Source of the DNA: a virus
Direction: 5' to 3' (one strand)
Length of the DNA stretch: 64,000 bases
IMG/VR virus record: IMGVR_UViG_3300009151_009564
Coordinates: 9,525 to 73,524 of that record
Shown here: positions 58,121 through 64,000 of the stretch, piece by piece
How positions within the stretch are numbered: position 1 is the stretch's first letter
How the letters are laid out: each line of letters starts with the position of its first letter
The notes under the pieces: generated by a model
What the model was told of the DNA's origin: nothing
Database searches by the model: none
What the model saw: the letters and a program-made list of their open reading frames with translations, nothing else
Program-made: the position numbers and the translations under genes

Positions 58121-58331
58121 CTTTTCTTTCACATTTATCACAACAATATTTAGGGTTTTTACTTGTTGGTAAGAATTTCTTATTACAAAGGGGGCATTTA
58201 ACCATTGAATCATTAAGAAATTTAGTAACTCTATCATCTAAATCTCCTTCCCCTGGAAGCATCTTATTCAAGTAGTCATTAATTCTAGTATTTAAATCTT
58301 TCGATTCATTAAATAATTTTAGATGTTTCAT
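58113..58331 (-). CDS. Small zinc-finger protein with CTS-like N-terminus
   Basis: MKHLKLFNES; CPLC..KYCCDKC. Confidence 0.65.
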   Translation of the reverse strand: MKHLKLFNESKDLNTRINDYLNKMLPGEGDLDDRVTKFLNDSMVKCPLCNKKFLPTSKNPKYCCDKCERKAK

Positions 58332-58335
58332 ATTA

Positions 58336-58920
58336 TTAATTATGTTTTGATACAACTTCCCAAAAATCTTCTGGTAAATTTTCTTGTAAAATTTTCATAG
58401 TTGTTTGATTGAATCTTTCCATATTATCTCCAAGTGCGTCTCTTAACTCTCGTATGACTTGTTTACCATCTTTCGATCCATAATATACTTGTTCTTCAGA
58501 GTCGTAAACCATTAGGAAAGGATATTCTTTACCTTTATGATCTACAACACAATCAAATATAACGCAGTTATTATCCATCTCCATTGTTTTAACAACAATA
58601 TCAAAGATCATAGCATCATAGATTCTATCTATTTTCTTTTTATTAAAAAAGTACTTGTTATTTGATGCAAATTGTCCTAAATTTAATGACTTGAAAGCTT
58701 CTGGATCTACCATTTCAAAGAATCGGCGTATTCTTTCGTTCATAACTGGTTCATAATTTTTTATTTTACCTTCTTCTTGAAGAGTGTCTAAAATAGAATA
58801 AATCTTTTCTAGTTCTAAACCGGTTTCTTGTGATATATATTCTGTATCTTGTGATACATCTTTCCAGTATCCAAGAACAGTTTCTAGCTCTCCAGCGGTA
58901 AAATCTATATTCATAAACAT
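58336..58920 (-). CDS. Hypothetical protein with N-terminal wHTH-like segment
   Basis: EYISQETGLELEKIYSILDTLQEEGKI. Confidence 0.55.
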   Translation of the reverse strand: MFMNIDFTAGELETVLGYWKDVSQDTEYISQETGLELEKIYSILDTLQEEGKIKNYEPVMNERIRRFFEMVDPEAFKSLNLGQFASNNKYFFNKKKIDRIYDAMIFDIVVKTMEMDNNCVIFDCVVDHKGKEYPFLMVYDSEEQVYYGSKDGKQVIRELRDALGDNMERFNQTTMKILQENLPEDFWEVVSKHN

Positions 58921-58962
58921 ATATATTAAAAATAATATATAATAAAAATACTATAAAATAAT

Positions 58963-59529
58963 ATGAAGCGTTTCTCAACACTAAGACCAGAAGAAGAAAA
59001 GAATTTCAAAGGTGATGAAGTACTCTATAAAGACCCATTTATAAAACTTATTAAGTTTGAAGATTGGACTATGGTTACAGGTAAAGACGCAGTTATTTGT
59101 ATTCCTTATCTTATTGAGTTGAATAAGTTTATTGTTCGTCAGGAATATATCCCACCTTATAAATGGGCAGATGGTCAGGAACTACACTTATCATGTGTTG
59201 GTGGTGGTATGGAGCAAGGTGAATCACCAGAGGTTGCTCTTTTAAGAGAACTTCAAGAAGAAGCTGGTATTGTTCTAAGGGATAATTTTCATATTGAATT
59301 TGATAAACCACTTTTCCTAGGTAAGTTTACTTCTATGAAGTTACATTTCTGTATTTTACCACTTAATGAAAATGATTATCATGAGATTTCTATTTCCACA
59401 GACGGAACAAGATGTGAGAAATTGAGTTCGACTGCTAAATTAGATGTTAAGTATCTTAACTCTCTTAATTCTTCCGATATTGTTACTGAGTTTATGCTGA
59501 TGAAATTTAAATCTTATTTGAATTTGTAA
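58963..59529 (+). CDS. Nudix hydrolase (ADP-ribose pyrophosphatase-like)
   Basis: GGGMEQGESPEVALLRELQEEAGI; RQEY.PP. Confidence 0.85.
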   Translation: MKRFSTLRPEEEKNFKGDEVLYKDPFIKLIKFEDWTMVTGKDAVICIPYLIELNKFIVRQEYIPPYKWADGQELHLSCVGGGMEQGESPEVALLRELQEEAGIVLRDNFHIEFDKPLFLGKFTSMKLHFCILPLNENDYHEISISTDGTRCEKLSSTAKLDVKYLNSLNSSDIVTEFMLMKFKSYLNL

Positions 59530-59714
59530 ATTCTATTAAATAGTTCTAGCACATCTACCGTCCCTTCACGGTATAGAAACTCTTTTAATCTTCTTTCTGG
59601 GAAAGATTTATTCCTCCATTTTGAGGAAACAGATTTATTAACTTCAAAATATTCCTCTAATTTTTTATTATATCTTTTGTATAAATAAAATTCTATAAAA
59701 TCAATATCAATCAT
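59514..59714 (-). CDS. Small HTH-like protein
   Basis: LEEYFEVNKSVSSKWRNKSFP. Confidence 0.5.
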   Translation of the reverse strand: MIDIDFIEFYLYKRYNKKLEEYFEVNKSVSSKWRNKSFPERRLKEFLYREGTVDVLELFNRIYKFK

Positions 59715-59755
59715 TAGTATTTTAATGAAAAAACAAAAAAAGTTTAAAGGTATTG

Positions 59756-59788
59756 GAAACTTTTTTATATATACAATAAAAAAGTTTC
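59756..59788 (+). promoter_or_regulatory. 13-bp hairpin overlapping TTATATATA just before the endonuclease start
   Basis: GAAACTTTTTTAT-ATATACA-ATAAAAAAGTTTC, ATG at 59792. Confidence 0.65.
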
Positions 59789-59791
59789 AAG

Positions 59792-60796
59792 ATGATTAAA
59801 ATTTGTGAAATAGATATTGTGGGTAATAGTAAAACTCTTAAATATTATAGGGATAAGGGTTATGATATAAATCATGGAGATAAAATATCTATAAAATTAT
59901 ATGATTTAATACCAACATCATCAATAAAGATTGATTGTTATTGTGATATATGTAATATGTGTTATAATATAACATATTATAACTACATAGGTAATGTGAA
60001 TAGAAATGGGTTATATCGATGTAATAATTGTTCTAAAATAATAAGAAGTGATAAAATTAAAAATTTGCACAAAGATTTATCGAAAAGTGAGGTGATAATA
60101 AATAAGTCCAAAAAAACAAATACTGATCGATATGGAGTTGATAGTCCTATGAAATTAGATTTCTTCAAAAAGAAACTTAAAAATTCATTTATTGATAAGT
60201 ATGGAGTTGATAGTCCGCTTAAAAATATAAATATAAAAAATAAAATGTTCGCTACTAATACTGATCGATATGGAGTTTATTCTTGTTTCAAGTCTATTGA
60301 ATTTAGAGATAAGGTTAAGAAAATAATAGTTGATAAATATGGTGTTGAAAACGTATTTCAAAATGAAGAGATAAAAATACAAATTAAAAACACTCTTATG
60401 GATAAGTATCAAGTGGATAACCCAACTAAAAATATAAACATTTTTAATAAAGCTCAAAAAAATTCATATAGAATATTTCAATTTGGAGATACTGAAATTT
60501 CATATCAAGGGACATATGAGTTGGATTTTATTAAATTTTGTATATCAAATAATATAGATTTTATGAGAGGCCCAACAATAGATTATTTATTAGAAAATAA
60601 AAATAGAAAATATCACTCTGATTTTTTTATCCCATCTGAAAATTTGGTATGTGAGATAAAGTCATCATGGACGTTTAATAAAGACTATAATGAAAATATA
60701 GCTAAGATGAATTTTACTATAGAGAGTGGTTATAATTTTTTATTTATAATAGATAAAGATTATACAAAGTTTAAGGCTTATTTGAATTTGAAATAA
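59792..60796 (+). CDS. Putative homing endonuclease with KYGV repeats; paralog of 36185
   Basis: CDIC, DRYGVDSP repeats, QGTYELDF, YHSDFFI..CEIKS, GYNFLFIIDK. Confidence 0.7.
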   Translation: MIKICEIDIVGNSKTLKYYRDKGYDINHGDKISIKLYDLIPTSSIKIDCYCDICNMCYNITYYNYIGNVNRNGLYRCNNCSKIIRSDKIKNLHKDLSKSEVIINKSKKTNTDRYGVDSPMKLDFFKKKLKNSFIDKYGVDSPLKNINIKNKMFATNTDRYGVYSCFKSIEFRDKVKKIIVDKYGVENVFQNEEIKIQIKNTLMDKYQVDNPTKNINIFNKAQKNSYRIFQFGDTEISYQGTYELDFIKFCISNNIDFMRGPTIDYLLENKNRKYHSDFFIPSENLVCEIKSSWTFNKDYNENIAKMNFTIESGYNFLFIIDKDYTKFKAYLNLK

Positions 60797-62090
60797 TAAC
60801 TTTCGCTTCTTTATTAAATTCTTTTCTATCTACACTAGCATAATCACGGAAATAAGGATTTAGTGTTTCACCTTCGTAGTTGTTATTATTAAGAATTTCA
60901 TATAAATCATCCGTTTTCAATAGATCTGAATCATCAACATCAGAGAACCAGTTAAAATTAAATACTATTCTGTAATAAGGAACATGATCATTAAATTTTT
61001 TGCCATTTTTATATATTTCTTCTTCTTTGAAGAATTTCTCTTCAATAGAAGTTTCTAAGTTACTTGTTACTATTTTATCAAATGAGTCCATGATTGATTC
61101 ATAGTCTTGATCTGCTTTTTGTTGTGATTCCCAATCCGACCATATAGATTTAAGTTCGTTATATAAATCAAAATCACTTAAAAAATTACCAAGTTCTCTC
61201 CATTTATTTCTTCTGGAAATTCCTTGTATGGCTTCCTCTAGATTTGAGTATCCTTCAAAAGCTGCAACATCATGATATATATTAATAATATTATAAACTT
61301 TTATAATTTTTTCTATTAACATAACTATAGTATCAATATCAAGGTTATACCTTAACATAGATTCATCTTCCGGATAAAAATCCGGATTATCATACAAATC
61401 TAATAAATCATATTCGTTTGAATCGATTACATCTCGGTAGTCAGTATTTGGATCTAATAATAGATCTGCTAAGTCTTTTCTTCTAAAAGATATTAAGGCA
61501 TTACCTTTTTCATCATATGTTATATCTTCTCTATTAGTAAACCCATAATAGTCCATTATCATTTTATCGGTAAAAGACTCTTCATCTTGAATTAAGAGTA
61601 TAGACAAATTTCCGTCTATTTCTTCTACTTCACCATTAAGTAGAACTCCTATATAACCATTATCTATTCTAATTTTATTGATATCTAATTGATTATTATC
61701 ATCAACAATATCTATTCTTTTGAATATTCTCTTCATTTGATTTATGAATGTCTTAAATGAAGAAGTCATGTTTTCTACAAACTCTCCTTTATTATTTACA
61801 CCCTCAGTCACCGCTATGGTGACTGATATACATGGGGACTCGGTTCTACTTTTTATTCTTTCATCATAACATACTCTATCATCTTCTTCGACTAAAAATC
61901 CGTAATTAATATCGATGATAAAACTACTATTTTCATCAAAATCTATTAAGTCATCTAAGAGATTTTCCTCAGTTTTTATGAATATACCTAGATGTTCCTT
62001 TTTTGGTTTTCGTCCAGTTGGGAAATTTCTGTATGGTTCAAATAAATCTAATTGTTGAGATTCTAAAAAAGATTTCCAGTTCTTTATCAT
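60771..62090 (-). CDS. Acidic hypothetical protein with CTS-like N-terminus followed by QLDLF
   Basis: MIKNWKSFLESQQLDLF; TTATATATA at 62095-62103. Confidence 0.6.
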   Translation of the reverse strand: MIKNWKSFLESQQLDLFEPYRNFPTGRKPKKEHLGIFIKTEENLLDDLIDFDENSSFIIDINYGFLVEEDDRVCYDERIKSRTESPCISVTIAVTEGVNNKGEFVENMTSSFKTFINQMKRIFKRIDIVDDNNQLDINKIRIDNGYIGVLLNGEVEEIDGNLSILLIQDEESFTDKMIMDYYGFTNREDITYDEKGNALISFRRKDLADLLLDPNTDYRDVIDSNEYDLLDLYDNPDFYPEDESMLRYNLDIDTIVMLIEKIIKVYNIINIYHDVAAFEGYSNLEEAIQGISRRNKWRELGNFLSDFDLYNELKSIWSDWESQQKADQDYESIMDSFDKIVTSNLETSIEEKFFKEEEIYKNGKKFNDHVPYYRIVFNFNWFSDVDDSDLLKTDDLYEILNNNNYEGETLNPYFRDYASVDRKEFNKEAKVIISNSNKP

Positions 62091-62106
62091 ATAGTATATA
62101 TAAAAA

Positions 62107-62133
62107 AAAGAGACCAGATAATTTGGTCTCTTT
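62107..62133 (-). terminator. Intrinsic terminator after 62154..63113
   Basis: AAAGAGACCA..TGGTCTCTTT stem followed by a T-run on the minus strand. Confidence 0.7.
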
Positions 62134-62153
62134 AACTGTTCGTCTTTTTTGTT

Positions 62154-63113
62154 TTAGAATTTTGTTCCACATTCGTGGCAGAATTTTGAAGTTTCTTTTA
62201 AGATTTTACTTCCACATTCATCGCAGAACTTCTTTTTTATTTCAGTAGTTTCTACTGGTTTTTGACTTTCTGGGAGTATTTGATATAATACTGATGATAT
62301 ATGGTATTTTTGGAATTCTAAATCTACATCAGTAAACTCTTGTTTTGATTCCTCACCTTTTTCAACTCTCCCTGTTTCCATTTTTGTATTAAAAACCTCA
62401 TTTAGTGAGTTCGAATCACCACTACTATAATTTGCTTGTAGTAAGTTATTTAATGAAGACGTATTAAAAGAACCATCATTAATAAGTGATACATTAGAAT
62501 TTATACTGGAACTGAATATATTTGGACTATTAGTAGAACTTGTATTTGAGCTACCTATAATATTGTTTGTAGTATATCCACCTATAGTATTAATATTCTG
62601 ATATTTTTCAGATGTGTTATTGAACCATATTACAGGTATTGGATTTAACGGATATATCGGGTAGTTTGGATAATACTGAGGGTAATACATAGGATAATAG
62701 TGTTTTTCTATTATTCTGTCGAATTTATTCGTCCAGTTTTTAATACTAAATGTTTCTTCTTTGTAGAAATAAACCTCAATGGTTCCGTTTTTTGAAATGG
62801 ATTGTTTTGATTCGGAGGTATCTTCAACTTCATATGTTTTGAAAACAAACTTCTTTTTATCATCAATAAAACAATCTAAATAGAATCGTTGAGCTGGTCG
62901 AATTACAATACCTGTTTTAGATACAGAATTACCATTAACACGAATGTCAGCTAATACTGATTCGGTAAGTGGATTATGTAGTTCTATTTCAAATGAAAAT
63001 TCATTTGGTAGAAAAACTTTATTTTTCGTTTTTATAGAGAATCTTCCTCTATCTTTTGGATTAACAATCCAAGCATTTGGTTTTTGACTTTCGGTCATTC
63101 TTTGCTTTTGCAT
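62154..63113 (-). CDS. Hypothetical protein with low-complexity middle and C-terminal double zinc ribbon
   Basis: FSFEIELHNP..NG..G.VIRP; FCDECG..KFCHECG. Confidence 0.65.
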   Translation of the reverse strand: MQKQRMTESQKPNAWIVNPKDRGRFSIKTKNKVFLPNEFSFEIELHNPLTESVLADIRVNGNSVSKTGIVIRPAQRFYLDCFIDDKKKFVFKTYEVEDTSESKQSISKNGTIEVYFYKEETFSIKNWTNKFDRIIEKHYYPMYYPQYYPNYPIYPLNPIPVIWFNNTSEKYQNINTIGGYTTNNIIGSSNTSSTNSPNIFSSSINSNVSLINDGSFNTSSLNNLLQANYSSGDSNSLNEVFNTKMETGRVEKGEESKQEFTDVDLEFQKYHISSVLYQILPESQKPVETTEIKKKFCDECGSKILKETSKFCHECGTKF

Positions 63114-63178
63114 TTTTTTACTTAATTTTTATAGACTTGCATTAATTTTTCATTTCTAAAATAATAGCATAAAACTAT

Positions 63179-64000
63179 CTAACACAAATCTTCTTTATAT
63201 CTCCATATGAATCCATATGCAGTTTTTTGTTTTTTATTACAACAATTGCTTATATTACCTTGACTAATATTAAGAACTCGTCCTACTTCACCCGATGATG
63301 ACCACTCTTTAATTAAAACATTATCTAAACTAAACTGCAATACTGGTTTTGAATTTTTATTATTATATCCACTATTTGATATCCCTATTTTTCTTTTAGT
63401 CTCATTTGACATTTTTTTACCTTTCATTGGTCCTATTCCATAATGTGGATTATTTTTACCTTTCTTTTTTTCTGACATTATTTTTTTAGTATAATCTGTG
63501 TGTTTTCTGTTAAAAAAAGGATTATTAATATCTTTTATCTTTGAGGTATTATATAATATAATGTTATTTCTGCATGAATATTCAATAATAATTGAATTAA
63601 AATCAATATCTTTTAGTTTATTGCTTTTAATAGATTTTGATTTAGACATTTTATCTTTTGTCTCTTGTGTGTGATTTAATCCAATTGTACTACCTGATCT
63701 ATTAACCAAATTATACCCAAGTTCTTTAAATTTCATATCATCTGAACTAGCATAAAGTAAAGTGTCTAGATAGTATTGTTCTCTTATTAGGAGAATTTCA
63801 ATATTTGAATATTCAATTATATTGAATATAAAAGACTCTTCGGAATATTTATTCCAAGCAGATTGGAGTTTTTTATTTGGATGTGAATTAGATCTTAACT
63901 TTCTCTTGTGTGAAGCCCATCTTTTTTTGATATTGATAGATGATCCAATATATATTTTATTATTTAGTATATTTACTATACTATAAATGCCTGATTTCAA
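63179..64000 (-). CDS. GIY-YIG homing endonuclease with NUMOD3/NUMOD1 (start at window edge)
   Basis: SGIYSI..KIYIGSS, HPNKKLQ.AWNKY, REQYY, GYNL, HTQETKDKMS, KTAYGFIWRY. Confidence 0.88.
   Translation of the reverse strand: MKSGIYSIVNILNNKIYIGSSINIKKRWASHKRKLRSNSHPNKKLQSAWNKYSEESFIFNIIEYSNIEILLIREQYYLDTLLYASSDDMKFKELGYNLVNRSGSTIGLNHTQETKDKMSKSKSIKSNKLKDIDFNSIIIEYSCRNNIILYNTSKIKDINNPFFNRKHTDYTKKIMSEKKKGKNNPHYGIGPMKGKKMSNETKRKIGISNSGYNNKNSKPVLQFSLDNVLIKEWSSSGEVGRVLNISQGNISNCCNKKQKTAYGFIWRYKEDLC

Noticed and set aside
1266-62248. Short nested or antisense ORFs in the track (e.g. 1266, 4438, 4866, 6281, 20338, 20844, 25740, 29490, 33234, 34946, 35299, 42616, 49107, 52585, 54053, 60185, 62003)
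   Set aside because: They lie within or opposite better-supported genes and show no motifs; treated as shadow frames.
1-64000. Genome-wide TGA recoding (genetic code 4/25) as the explanation for the release-factor TGA
   Set aside because: Code 11 gives dense, complete genes, long Trp-rich ORFs use TGG, and TGA ends many genes, often in ATGA overlaps. The RF gene is the only interrupted one I found.
1-64000. CRISPR array, rRNA, IS element or integrase
   Set aside because: No regularly spaced repeats, rRNA-like tracts or transposase/recombinase motifs recognised.
1-64000. Bacterial chromosome or eukaryotic giant virus origin
   Set aside because: Housekeeping-like genes are isolated among ORFans with UvsX/gp46-type genes and homing endonucleases, not in bacterial operons. 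GreA, S1, RF1 and Bacteroidota promoters argue against a eukaryotic virus.

Overview
Very AT-rich, gene-dense segment of a jumbo/huge tailed phage with T4-like recombination genes (uvsX/recA, gp46/sbcC, RuvC-like resolvase). The host is probably Bacteroidota: TTTG-N19-20-TAnnTTTG promoters recur and one gene carries a T9SS type-B C-terminal domain. The window holds large virion-type proteins, translation genes (ribosomal S1, L7/L12 domain, release factor, GatB/YqeY, tRNA-Arg, tRNA-Cys), GreA, proteostasis genes (ClpP, M16 peptidase, DnaJ, three UVR-motif proteins), two orphan adenine methyltransferases and about eight free-standing homing-endonuclease-like genes. Main findings: (1) an RF1-type release factor gene missing from the ORF track, lacking domain 1 and interrupted by an in-frame TGA-CTA; (2) sbcC/gp46 fractured inside Walker A by an atypically split Ser/Ser intein with an endonuclease gene between the halves; (3) about 28 mostly unrelated proteins share an R-[DE]-x-x-[IL]-x-x-[ILV]-[ILF] motif, usually C-terminal, while a non-overlapping set of about 13 share an N-terminal tag resembling the T4 capsid-targeting sequence, and the two sets track two promoter classes; (4) hairpins overlapping the promoter/start of three endonuclease genes. 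All calls are from by-eye motif reading; no database searches were run.
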